This document shows, one piece after another, positions 23,024-32,000 of a DNA stretch of 32,000 nt; position 1 is the stretch's first letter, and every line of letters begins with the position of its first letter. Source of the stretch: Minisyncoccota bacterium (GTDB taxonomy: Bacteria; Patescibacteriota; Minisyncoccia; Minisyncoccales; Minisyncoccaceae). Position numbers and translations under genes: made by a program. Location: the NCBI GenBank assembly GCA_041650175.1, contig JBAZLS010000003.1, positions 39,917 through 71,916 of the forward strand, in the 5' to 3' direction. The notes beneath the pieces were generated by a model. The model did not search any database and had not been told where the DNA came from. It saw only the letters and a program-made list of their open reading frames with translations.

Positions 23024-24535
23024 TTATTGAATCCAATATTTCTTTTTAGTTTTTTTATCTTCTTCCGATTTTATCTCACCAACCTCTTTTTTTGCTTGGA
23101 GTGATAGGTCCTTAATCTCTTTGTCAGATAAGTCTACTAAATCTTCTAACTGTTCAAGTAATACTTTACGAGAATTATTCTTTGGGTTTTTGAGAACGCT
23201 TTCCAATAATATCTCCAATAACCAGCCAATCTTGGGCGATGGTTTAATTTTAAATAAATTCATTATATCAGAGCCATTTATTTGGAGCATTTTGACCGAA
23301 ATAGGGTCTTTCGACACTTTTTCAATCATATACTTTAAATGTCTTAATTTGTAAGGTTCAGCCTTTGGACAGCCAGAGCCAATACGATCCGCCATTCTTA
23401 ATTTTAATAAATCTTCAACGTTTTCAATACCAATATTCTTAATTAATCGCCTAATTGATGCCTCCTTGACTTCATCAATATTGTAATAAAATAGGTGATA
23501 TCTAACCAATAAAGTTATCTTTTCAATATCTTTTTTAGGAAAATGTAACCTTGTAAGAATAATTTTCACCATCTTTGCGCCAACTATTTCATGATTATAA
23601 AAAGTTGCATTTTCTCCTTCTCCATTTTTTGTAGCAGGTTTGCCGATATCGTGCAGTAGGGAAGCCATACGAATAGAAAAATTGAAATTTTTCTTCGTAG
23701 AATAAGTTAAAGCTTCTAAATTATGCTGATAACAATCAAAAATATGATGTTTATTTTGAGCAATTTCATATCCTTGTTCTAGTTCGGGAATAACGTATTT
23801 TAATAATCCATTTTTCCTTAAGGATTCGATTCCGCTAGCTGCTTTATCACTATTTATGGTTTTTATAAGCTCATCTCTTAGCCTTTCTTGAGATATTTTT
23901 TTAAGCAAAACTGCATTCCTTTTAATAGCAGATTTAGTTTTTTCTTCAATTATCCATCCTTCTCCAAGACAGGCTTCAAATCGTATCGCTCGTATCATTC
24001 TAAGGGCATCTTCGGAAAATCTTTCCTCAGGATTACCCACAGATCGGATTATCTTTTCCTTCAAATCTTCTTGACCATTATAAGGATCAATTATGAGATT
24101 TTGCTTATTGCTAGTAGGGAATAATGCAATAGCATTAACAGTAAAGTCCCTTCTTTTTAGGTCATCTTCGATTGTTTTAGACCATTCAACTTTATCGGGA
24201 TGACGATTATTAGAATAGGAAGATTCTGATCTAAATGTTGTTATTTCAATAATTTCATATTCTTCTTGGTCAAATGTTTCACGTGAAATAGGGAAGGCAA
24301 TTCCAACAGTTCCAAAGTCATTTTCATAAAAAGTTTTAATATTTTTTTTGCCAAAAATACTCTGAATTTGCTCAGGAGTAGCATCTGTTGCTATGTCCCA
24401 ATCAGATGGAACTATACCTCTTAAATAATCCCTAACAGAACCTCCGACTATATATGCCTTAAAACCAGTCTCGGTAAGAGTATTAAGGCAAAAGAAGACG
24501 TTATTAGGTATTTTTATTATTCCTTTTGAGTGCAT
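23024..24535 (-). CDS. cca: CCA tRNA nucleotidyltransferase / poly(A) polymerase family with HD domain
   Basis: AYIVGGSVRDYLRGIVPSDWDIATDATPEQI, RRDFTVNAIAL, RMIRAIRFEACLG, MASLLHDIGKPAT. Confidence 0.92.
   Translation of the reverse strand: MHSKGIIKIPNNVFFCLNTLTETGFKAYIVGGSVRDYLRGIVPSDWDIATDATPEQIQSIFGKKNIKTFYENDFGTVGIAFPISRETFDQEEYEIIEITTFRSESSYSNNRHPDKVEWSKTIEDDLKRRDFTVNAIALFPTSNKQNLIIDPYNGQEDLKEKIIRSVGNPEERFSEDALRMIRAIRFEACLGEGWIIEEKTKSAIKRNAVLLKKISQERLRDELIKTINSDKAASGIESLRKNGLLKYVIPELEQGYEIAQNKHHIFDCYQHNLEALTYSTKKNFNFSIRMASLLHDIGKPATKNGEGENATFYNHEIVGAKMVKIILTRLHFPKKDIEKITLLVRYHLFYYNIDEVKEASIRRLIKNIGIENVEDLLKLRMADRIGSGCPKAEPYKLRHLKYMIEKVSKDPISVKMLQINGSDIMNLFKIKPSPKIGWLLEILLESVLKNPKNNSRKVLLEQLEDLVDLSDKEIKDLSLQAKKEVGEIKSEEDKKTKKKYWIQ
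24276..24289. promoter_or_regulatory. parS-like site inside the cca coding sequence
   Basis: GTTTCACGTGAAAT (preceded by T). Confidence 0.65.
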
Positions 24536-24887
24536 TCTAAAATTAAAATATCAAAATTATCTTACTAATACATTAGCTTAAAAAAGACTGTTTAACAACT
24601 AAAGAGATATAATTCTAAATAACATTTAAATTTAAACTTTATTTTTTAAAACCAAATTTTTAAATTAAAACACTCTTATTATTTAAATTTCATTCAATTA
24701 TTCTAATTAATACTACGCGGTTTTGATAGAAGCGTTTCACGAAGATTTAGTTATTTATAGCGTTTAATTGACTTTCTATTTTTATGTTTATTCCGCTGTT
24801 ATTTCTATTACAGTATGTGAAAATACTTGTTAATATTATTCAATCACTATATAATTAAAATATTAATAATTAAAAATACAATTATAT

Positions 24888-27731
24888 ATGAGAACTAATT
24901 TTTTTAGAAAAATTTGTTTTGTTCTTTTAGGATTTTTTTGTTTTAGTTTTTCTATTGTTTTTGCTGCTGGACAATGTTCCTCTGGTGAAAATGGATCATA
25001 TCTTGATAATGCGCCTCATGACTTTTGTTCCAGCGGAACAACTTCATCTTTTACAGAACATAACGATGGTAATGTTAATATATACTGGACATGGAAATGC
25101 GGTACGGTTGATTGTACAGCTTATAAAAGAAAGACGGCTACAGCATCAAACCCAGTAATATGCGCTCCAAATCTTCCTGGATGGTGTCTTAATTATATTA
25201 GTGGAGATTCTTTTAACTCTGCAGTTTGGGGTTCTAGTCATTCATTATCCGGAAAAGCTCTTTCTTGGACTTGTAATTATTCAGGACAAACGGTTAATTG
25301 TGCTGCCGATATTGGTAATTGTGGTTCAATTACTTCAACACCCATTACTAGTTCTCCAGATGAAAGCAATGGATGTCAAGTTGGATATACTTTTGGAGGT
25401 TTGAATCAATTAACTTATTCATCAACTCACGAAAATGTTCCTATTGGTTATGGAGCATATGGATCGGATTGGTTATATAGAACTCCTTATACAGTATGGA
25501 CGTGGACTTGTGGTTCCTCACGTTGTTTTGGTTATATTTCTTCTGTTGTTAATGGCGCCTGCGGAACATCCAACGGAGCTAATTCCAGTACTGTTCCTAC
25601 AACCAATCTCTGTAATGAAGGAACAGCCTCTGCAGTCTCGGGAACTGGTCCATGGACTTGGACTTGCAATGGAATCGGCGGAGGAACTAATGCATCTTGT
25701 TCTGCTAATAAAATAACTGATGGCACTTGCGGAACAGCAAATCTAAAAACTTATTTATATGACGCAACCAGCTATGGAACAGATACTCAATGCGCAAATG
25801 GAACGTCAACTAATACCGCTTTCCCAGTAGTCGGAGGATCAGCAACTTGGTATTGTAATGGAAGCAATGGGGGAGCTAATAGTTCACTTTGTACTGCCAG
25901 TCGAAATGCCACTCCAGTTGCTGGTGCTTGCGGAACAGCCAATAACAAGACATATGCTTACAATGCAACAAGTTATGGATCAGATACTCAATGTTCAAGC
26001 GGAACTTCAAGCAACACTGCTTTTCCAGCTCAAGGGTCAATAGTTATTTGGACTTGTAGTGGATCAAATGGAGGCGAAACAAGAAGCTGTGCTGCTGGAC
26101 GTAATCCCGCTCCTATTAATGGTACTTGCGGAACAGCAAATCTAAAAACTTATCCTTACAATGCAACCAGCTACGGAACAGATACTCAATGTGAAGCAGG
26201 AACGTCAACTAATACCGCTTTCCCAGTAGTCGGAGGAATAACTAGTTGGTATTGCAATGGAAGCAATGGGGGAGCTAATAGTTCGCTTTGTGCCGCTAGT
26301 CGAGTCAATACTCCTATTAATGGCATTTGCGGAACAGCAAATCAAAAAGATTATCCCTATAATGCAACAAATTATGGATTAGATACTCAATGCGCAAGTG
26401 GAACTTCAACCGACACTTCTTTCCCAGCAGTCGGAGGAATACTTATCTGGTTTTGCAATGGAATTAATGGTGGAATAAATAGTAGTTCTTGTGCGGCAAG
26501 TCATAACCCTTACGTAAATGAAAACTGTGGTTTATCTAGCGAAGGTAATTTTAATGAAAAACCTATAGCCGATTTATGTAGTAATGGAGCAACAGCTTCA
26601 ACAGTTTCAGGAACTGGTCCATGGACTTGGACTTGCACTGATAATGAAGGAGAAATCTCAAATTGCTCTGCTGACAAGATTGTTAATGGTATTTGTGGAA
26701 CAGCAAATTTAAAACCCTATCCTTATAACGCAACTGGCTATGGAATAGACACTCAATGTGCATCAGGAACGTCAACTAACACTGCTTTCCCAGCAGTTGG
26801 AGGGTTAGCTACTTGGACTTGCAGCGGAAACAATGGAGGAACTAATAGTTTACCCTGTACTGCTAGTCGAGATAATACTCCAATTAATGGTATTTGTGGA
26901 ACAGCAAATTTAAAACCCTATCCTTATAACGCAACTGACTATGGAATAGACACTCAATGTGCATCAGGAACGTCAACTAACACTGCTTTCCCAGCAGTTG
27001 GAACAGCAGTTGGCTGGTATTGTAATGGAAGTAATGGAGGAACTAACAGTTTACTTTGTGCGGCAAGTCATATTGATAATGGCACTTGTGGCTCATCCAA
27101 TGGAAGCAATTTTAATGAAGCCCCTACAATCGGTTTATGTAACAGCGGATCACCTAGTACTGTTACTGGAGATGGTCCATGGACTTGGACCTGTAGTGGC
27201 GTTTATGGAGGAACAACTTCATATTGTAGTGCAAACAAGATAACTAATGGCGTTTGCGGAACAGCTGATGGTAGGGAGTATAGTTACCCTACAACATCTT
27301 ATGGTTTAGACACTCAATGTGCAAGTGGAACGTCAACTAACACCGCTTTTCCAGCACCTGGCTCGTCACAGGCTTGGATATGCAATGGGACTTATGGAGG
27401 AACAGCAAGTTCTTGCACTGCTAGTCACACTGCCGGATCTACTGCTAATGAAATTACTTCCTTCAAATTTAGAACTCCAGATGTTGTTGGGACTATTAAT
27501 GGAAATGATATTACTGTGACTGTTCCTTATGGAACTGCGGTTAATTCTTTAATTGCCATTTTTACTACTACCGGAAAAACAGTTCAAGTTGGAACCATTA
27601 CTCAGTATAGTAACGAAACTGTAAATGACTTTACTAATAAAGTATATTATCTTGTTTATCCAGAAGTTGGATCAATTCGAGTCTATACAGTTACAGTTAA
27701 AAAATCAATAAATCCTACTTGGAGAGAGTAA
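24888..27731 (+). CDS. Secreted 947-aa protein of tandem four-Cys repeats with a C-terminal beta-sandwich-like domain
   Basis: Hydrophobic signal sequence; about 65-aa repeats of type CGTANLKxYPYNATxYGxDTQCASGTSTNTAFPAVGG..WYCNGSNGGxNSxxCAAS interspersed with CGSSNGxNFNExPTxxLCxxGxxSxVxGxGPWTWTCxG.xxGxxxxCSANKI; C-terminus NEITSFKFRTPDVVGTINGNDITVTVPYGT...VYTVTVKK. Confidence 0.85.
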   Translation: MRTNFFRKICFVLLGFFCFSFSIVFAAGQCSSGENGSYLDNAPHDFCSSGTTSSFTEHNDGNVNIYWTWKCGTVDCTAYKRKTATASNPVICAPNLPGWCLNYISGDSFNSAVWGSSHSLSGKALSWTCNYSGQTVNCAADIGNCGSITSTPITSSPDESNGCQVGYTFGGLNQLTYSSTHENVPIGYGAYGSDWLYRTPYTVWTWTCGSSRCFGYISSVVNGACGTSNGANSSTVPTTNLCNEGTASAVSGTGPWTWTCNGIGGGTNASCSANKITDGTCGTANLKTYLYDATSYGTDTQCANGTSTNTAFPVVGGSATWYCNGSNGGANSSLCTASRNATPVAGACGTANNKTYAYNATSYGSDTQCSSGTSSNTAFPAQGSIVIWTCSGSNGGETRSCAAGRNPAPINGTCGTANLKTYPYNATSYGTDTQCEAGTSTNTAFPVVGGITSWYCNGSNGGANSSLCAASRVNTPINGICGTANQKDYPYNATNYGLDTQCASGTSTDTSFPAVGGILIWFCNGINGGINSSSCAASHNPYVNENCGLSSEGNFNEKPIADLCSNGATASTVSGTGPWTWTCTDNEGEISNCSADKIVNGICGTANLKPYPYNATGYGIDTQCASGTSTNTAFPAVGGLATWTCSGNNGGTNSLPCTASRDNTPINGICGTANLKPYPYNATDYGIDTQCASGTSTNTAFPAVGTAVGWYCNGSNGGTNSLLCAASHIDNGTCGSSNGSNFNEAPTIGLCNSGSPSTVTGDGPWTWTCSGVYGGTTSYCSANKITNGVCGTADGREYSYPTTSYGLDTQCASGTSTNTAFPAPGSSQAWICNGTYGGTASSCTASHTAGSTANEITSFKFRTPDVVGTINGNDITVTVPYGTAVNSLIAIFTTTGKTVQVGTITQYSNETVNDFTNKVYYLVYPEVGSIRVYTVTVKKSINPTWRE

Positions 27732-27741
27732 TAATAAACTT

Positions 27742-27769
27742 AAAAAGCAGGGAGCAATCCCTGCTTTTT
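27742..27769 (+). terminator. Rho-independent terminator after the repeat protein
   Basis: AAAAAGCAGGGA GCAA TCCCTGCTTTTT. Confidence 0.88.
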
Positions 27770-27987
27770 AGTTAAAAAAATTTCTCAAGCTGAGCAATTC
27801 GTTTGACGGTTTTTTAAAAAAATGATAATCTAACACCACGGAGGTTAATGATTTTAATTATTGCTTGGTCGGATAGATTCCGGCTTTTTTTATCGGAATT
27901 TTGTCCAAATAATATTTATAAGATTTATAAAGATTAAAATTAAATTAAATTTAAAACAATAATAAGAAAATAAATAATAAAAATAAT

Positions 27988-29310
27988 ATGGATTTTCAAG
28001 AATTTCTATCAGCTATTACACAAATTTCTGATGAAAAGGGTTTGTCAAAAGAAATAATAGTTGAAACAGTTGAACACGCCCTTGCTTCTGCATATAAAAA
28101 AGAGTATGGCAAGAAGGGTCAAATCATTAAGGCTAAAATGAATCAAAAAACTGGCAAAGTCGATTTTTCTAGATCAAGACTTGTTGTCGATGAAACCGTC
28201 GTGTACATTCCTTTTCCTGGAGAGGAAGACGAGCCGGAATATTTTGCCTTTAAAATAAAGCCAGAATATCGTCCGCTTGAAAGTGAAATGAACAGCAATG
28301 AAGATAATGCAACTCTAGTAGGGGAGCATAAAAGAGTAAGATATAATCCAGAAAGGCATATTTTAATAGAAGAATGCAAATTAGAAAAAATACAACTGGA
28401 AGTAGGAGAAGAACAAATTGTTCCATTAGAGCAGAAAGAAGATTTTGGGCGTATTGCGGCGCAAACAGCTAAGCAAGTTGTATTGCAAAAAATAAGAGAA
28501 GCAGAAAAAGATGCAGTTCTGGCTGAATATAAATCAAAAGAAGGAGAAATCGTTTCTGGTATTGTTCAACGAATCGAAGGCACGAGTGTATATTTTGATA
28601 TCGGAAAAACTCTGGGTGTCTTAATGAAAGAAGAACAGATTAAGGGTGAATTTTATAAAGAAGGGCAGAGATTAAAATTGTATGTTGTGAAAGTAGAAAC
28701 TACTCCAAGGGGACCGATAATTGTTTTATCACGTATCTATCCAAAACTTATTTCAAAATTATTTGAACTTGAAGTTCCAGAAATAACAGCAAACCAAATT
28801 GAAATAAAATCACTTGCTCGTGAAGCAGGATCTAGGACAAAAATAGCAGTTGTTTCTCTTATTGATGGGGTTGATCCAATCGGTGCGATGGTTGGACAGC
28901 GAGGAGTAAGAGTTGCTGCTGTTATTTCAGAACTAGGAGGAGAAAAAATCGATATTATCGAATATTCAAACGACCCAGTAGAATATATTAAAAATGCATT
29001 ATCGCCAGCAAAGGTTATCGATGTAAAAGTATTGCCAAAAAACACGGCTTTAGTTATTGTTCCTTCTGAACAGTTATCTCTTGCAATCGGAAAAGAGGGA
29101 CAGAATGTCCGGCTTTCAGCTAGGCTAACTGGATGGAAAATCGATGTAAAAAGTATTGAAGAGTATGAACAGATGGAAAAAGACGGTTCTTTTAAGGCTA
29201 TGGAAGATGGGGAAGAAATGCCAAAGAGAAAACCTAAAACTAAAAAAGAGGAAGTTAAAAAGACTATTGAAAAAACTGAAGATAAAAATTCATCAAGCGA
29301 AGAAGAATAA
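27988..29310 (+). CDS. nusA: Transcription termination/antitermination protein NusA
   Basis: S1 domain followed by KH domains: GDPIGAMVGQRGVRV-like motif (DPIGAMVGQRGVRVAAVISELGGEKIDIIEYS), LSLAIGKEGQNVRLSARLTGWKIDV. Confidence 0.95.
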   Translation: MDFQEFLSAITQISDEKGLSKEIIVETVEHALASAYKKEYGKKGQIIKAKMNQKTGKVDFSRSRLVVDETVVYIPFPGEEDEPEYFAFKIKPEYRPLESEMNSNEDNATLVGEHKRVRYNPERHILIEECKLEKIQLEVGEEQIVPLEQKEDFGRIAAQTAKQVVLQKIREAEKDAVLAEYKSKEGEIVSGIVQRIEGTSVYFDIGKTLGVLMKEEQIKGEFYKEGQRLKLYVVKVETTPRGPIIVLSRIYPKLISKLFELEVPEITANQIEIKSLAREAGSRTKIAVVSLIDGVDPIGAMVGQRGVRVAAVISELGGEKIDIIEYSNDPVEYIKNALSPAKVIDVKVLPKNTALVIVPSEQLSLAIGKEGQNVRLSARLTGWKIDVKSIEEYEQMEKDGSFKAMEDGEEMPKRKPKTKKEEVKKTIEKTEDKNSSSEEE

Positions 29311-29340
29311 AATCAAGACTTATTTAAAAAAATACAAAAT

Positions 29341-30618
29341 ATGAAATATACTGTTAAAGAATCAACTCCAGTAAAACACACAGTAGAAATAGAAATACCT
29401 GCTGAAGAATTTGATGCTTGCTACGCCGAAGTCTTAAAAGAAATTTCAGAAACTTTAGAGATTCCAGGATTTAGGAAAGGAAAAGTTCCTCAAAATATGG
29501 CAGAACAACACGTTGATCAAAGTCATATTTTATCTAAAGCAACCGAAACTGCTATTAGTAAGAACTGGATAAAGTATTTAAAAGAATCTGACATTGAAGC
29601 AGTTTCTCAGCCAGAGGTAGAAATTTTAAAAGTAGCTAAAGGGAATCCGTTTATTTTTACAGCCAAGGTAGAAGTGTTGTCAAATTTTGTTTTGCCAGAT
29701 ATTAAAAAGGTAATTGAAGGAATTAAAAAAGAAAAAATAGAAATAACCGATAAAGAAATTGATGACGCTATTTTATGGCTTCGAAACGCTAGGGCAATTT
29801 TGAATAAAAAAGATGGTCCAGCAGAAAAAAATGATTTTGTAGAAATTTCTTTTCAAATAGAAAATTTGCCAGACACATTCAGCCATATGAGAGGGGAGCA
29901 GAAAGATGGATTTATTCTTGGCAAGGAACATTTTATTAAAGGAATTGAATCTGCAATTCTTGGAGCAAAGGAAGGAGATGAAAAAGAGTTTGAGGGAATA
30001 ATTGATCAGCATATAGACAAGATGCAACCAGAAAAAATGTCAGTAAAAGGCAGGGTGAAAATAATTTCTGTTCAAAAAATGGATTTACCAGAGCTAACTG
30101 ACGAATGGGTAAAAACATTGGGACGTTTTGAAACTATTGAAGCATTGAAAGAAGACATAAGAAAAGGACTTGGAGAAGAAAAAAGAATTGCCGGATTGAA
30201 TCGTCTTAGAATTGAAGCGATGGATAAGATTTTAGAAAAAACAAAAATAGAAATACCAGCAATTCTTTTAAGAAGAGAAGAAGACAATCTTTTTGAAAAT
30301 TTGAAAGACAGGGTTAACTACGAGCTTAAAATAGGACTAGAAGAATATCTAACACAGATTAAAAAAACTGAAGCGGAGGTAAAAAAAGAATTTGAAAGAG
30401 TTGCATTAGACAGAGTAAGAAGATTTTTAATCTTGCATCAAATAGCTAAAAATGAGAAAATAGCAGCAACAGACGAAGAAGTCGCAAATAAATTAGAAGA
30501 AGTAATAGCGCAATATGGCGAAGAAGAAAAGAATAAGATTGATATACAAAGATTAGCAATTCTTGTTGCTGATGATATTGCAAAAGAAAAAATATTTGCA
30601 TTTCTTGGCCTTAATTAA
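29341..30618 (+). CDS. tig: Trigger factor
   Basis: Ribosome-binding region [13 protein letters not shown]; trigger factor architecture; directly upstream of clpP. Confidence 0.92.
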   Translation: MKYTVKESTPVKHTVEIEIPAEEFDACYAEVLKEISETLEIPGFRKGKVPQNMAEQHVDQSHILSKATETAISKNWIKYLKESDIEAVSQPEVEILKVAKGNPFIFTAKVEVLSNFVLPDIKKVIEGIKKEKIEITDKEIDDAILWLRNARAILNKKDGPAEKNDFVEISFQIENLPDTFSHMRGEQKDGFILGKEHFIKGIESAILGAKEGDEKEFEGIIDQHIDKMQPEKMSVKGRVKIISVQKMDLPELTDEWVKTLGRFETIEALKEDIRKGLGEEKRIAGLNRLRIEAMDKILEKTKIEIPAILLRREEDNLFENLKDRVNYELKIGLEEYLTQIKKTEAEVKKEFERVALDRVRRFLILHQIAKNEKIAATDEEVANKLEEVIAQYGEEEKNKIDIQRLAILVADDIAKEKIFAFLGLN

Positions 30619-30638
30619 TTATAAAATTAAAAAATATT

Positions 30639-31223
30639 ATGAACTTAATTCCAACAGTAATCGAAAAAACTCAATCTGGAGAAAGAGCTTATGATATTTA
30701 TTCTAGGCTTCTTGAAAGACGGATAATTTTTATGGCAGGAGTAATAGATGATTATATTGCTAATTCTATTGTTGCGCAGCTTTTGTATCTTGCATCAAAG
30801 GATTCAGAAAAAGATATTCAATTATATATTAATAGCCCAGGGGGAGCAGTCACCGCCGGACTGGCAATTTACGATACGATGCAATATATAAAGCCCGATG
30901 TATCAACAGTATCGATTGGACTTTCTGCTTCAATGGGCGCATTACTTCTGGCTGCTGGCGCGAAAGGCAAAAGATATGCCTTGCCAAATTCAGAAATATT
31001 GCTTCATCAAGTTTTGGGCGGAGCAAGGGGGCAAGCAACCGAAATAGAAATTGCTGCTAAACAGATACTGAAAATAAAAGATAGAATGAGCAAGATTTTG
31101 GCTAAACATACTGGACAGCCATTATCTAAAGTAACTAAAGATACGGATAGGGATTTTTACTTGACTGCTGAAGAAGCGAAAGCTTATGGAGTAATTGATG
31201 AAGTTATTAATTCTAAAAAATAA
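30639..31223 (+). CDS. clpP: ATP-dependent Clp protease proteolytic subunit
   Basis: [62 protein letters not shown] (Ser and His catalytic motifs). Confidence 0.97.
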   Translation: MNLIPTVIEKTQSGERAYDIYSRLLERRIIFMAGVIDDYIANSIVAQLLYLASKDSEKDIQLYINSPGGAVTAGLAIYDTMQYIKPDVSTVSIGLSASMGALLLAAGAKGKRYALPNSEILLHQVLGGARGQATEIEIAAKQILKIKDRMSKILAKHTGQPLSKVTKDTDRDFYLTAEEAKAYGVIDEVINSKK

Positions 31224-31229
31224 AAATTG

Positions 31230-31252
31230 AAACAAGCAGATAGCTTGTTTTA
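31230..31252 (+). terminator. Terminator-like hairpin after clpP
   Basis: AAACAAGC AGATA GCTTGTTTT. Confidence 0.65.
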
Positions 31253-31319
31253 ATTTATTAATATTACTAATTGATATATAATAATTTATCAATAAGGAAT
31301 ATAAATTAAATAATATCAA

Positions 31320-31634
31320 ATGCTATTAAATATTTATTTTTCAATTTTAATTTCAGGGTTTGGGGGAGGAATGGTAAGAGGCATCGTTGGATATTTAAAA
31401 CATCAATATGATTACAAGAACGTTGGGTTTGATATCAAGTACTTTTTCGGCATAGTTTTTTTATCGGGAATAGTCGGACTTTTGACTGGCATTGCGATTA
31501 GTGAAACAGGAATTATTAAAAGTATAGACGATTTTTCACCGGCAATATCTTTTATCGTTGGTTATGCAGGAGGAGATTTTTTAGATGGAATTTATAAAAT
31601 ATTTTTACAAAATAGCAAAAAAGATAATAAATAG
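31320..31634 (+). CDS. Small integral membrane protein, unknown function
   Basis: 104 aa with about three hydrophobic segments; continuous ORF. Confidence 0.55.
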   Translation: MLLNIYFSILISGFGGGMVRGIVGYLKHQYDYKNVGFDIKYFFGIVFLSGIVGLLTGIAISETGIIKSIDDFSPAISFIVGYAGGDFLDGIYKIFLQNSKKDNK

Positions 31635-31690
31635 CTTGAAAGGGGATATGATTGCAGATATAATATAAGCATAATTATAATTTATAAAAA

Positions 31691-32000
31691 ATGAAAACCG
31701 AAAATTCAAGATTTGATTCAATAATCTTATTTGTTGTTTCCCTCATAGGGTTTATTTTTATTGGAATATCCTTGATGGCAGTTATTAAGAATAACCCAGA
31801 AGGACAATTAGCCGAATCAAATTTATCACTACTCCAAACGAGAACAAGCACAGTTCCAATTAATGGAATTTGTGGAGCATCAAATGGAAGAGTTTTTGAA
31901 AATTCTCCCACAACTGAATTATGCGGTACAGGAAATCCATCAGTTGTAGTCTTGGAAGATAATCCGACAGGAAAATTCTTTGTTTGGCAATGTATCGGAA
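31691..32000 (+). CDS. Start of a second secreted Cys-repeat protein, truncated by the window end
   Basis: ATG at 31691: MKTENSRFDSIILFVVSLIGFIFIGISLMAVIKNN...VPINGICGASNGRVFENSPTTELCGTGNPSVVVLEDNPTGKFFVWQCIG; open to the end of the window. Confidence 0.8.
   Translation, partial: MKTENSRFDSIILFVVSLIGFIFIGISLMAVIKNNPEGQLAESNLSLLQTRTSTVPINGICGASNGRVFENSPTTELCGTGNPSVVVLEDNPTGKFFVWQCIG

Noticed and set aside
24955-27519. Multiple small ORFs in other frames inside the 947-aa repeat gene
   Set aside because: Produced by the internally repeated DNA of the real ORF; no independent support.
27775-27987. Possible structured leader upstream of nusA (CTCAAGCTGAG, GGTCGGATAGATTCCGG... segments)
   Set aside because: Only short weak inverted repeats; no recognisable riboswitch or tRNA fold could be supported by eye.

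Overview
AT-rich window that looks like a chromosomal segment of a Patescibacteria/CPR (Parcubacteria-like) bacterium; the lineage is an inference from gene content. The left part encodes a papain-like (C1A) secreted protease, a pilin-like/beta-gamma-crystallin-like protein, RsmA, a LysM+M23 peptidase, a YifB/ComM-like AAA protein, a DksA/TraR-type protein, a KEKLE-repeat coiled coil, Pnp and RpsO. It is followed by a lipid/fatty-acid-handling block: three PlsY-family proteins, two DegV/FakB proteins, one DhaL(FakA)-DegV fusion and a CarS-like protein. The right part encodes a CCA-adding enzyme, a 947-aa secreted Cys-repeat protein, NusA, trigger factor, ClpP and the start of a second Cys-repeat protein. 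Four tRNAs can be folded by hand, all on the minus strand: Lys(CTT), Arg(TCG), Pro(CGG), Ala(CGC). Two non-coding signals stand out. (1) A roughly 80-nt structured element occurs three times, each copy 50-60 nt downstream of a different tRNA on the same strand. Its closing stem carries an inverted copy of the T-arm of that particular tRNA, and two copies are flanked by direct repeats of the tRNA 3' end. (2) A gene-poor segment (about 21.3-22.9 kb) contains 20 TGGCCA palindromes, DnaA-box-like 9-mers inside a tandem 53-bp repeat, and a cluster of parS-like GTTTCACGTGAAAC palindromes. Gene orientation diverges around it, which makes it a candidate replication origin/centromere.
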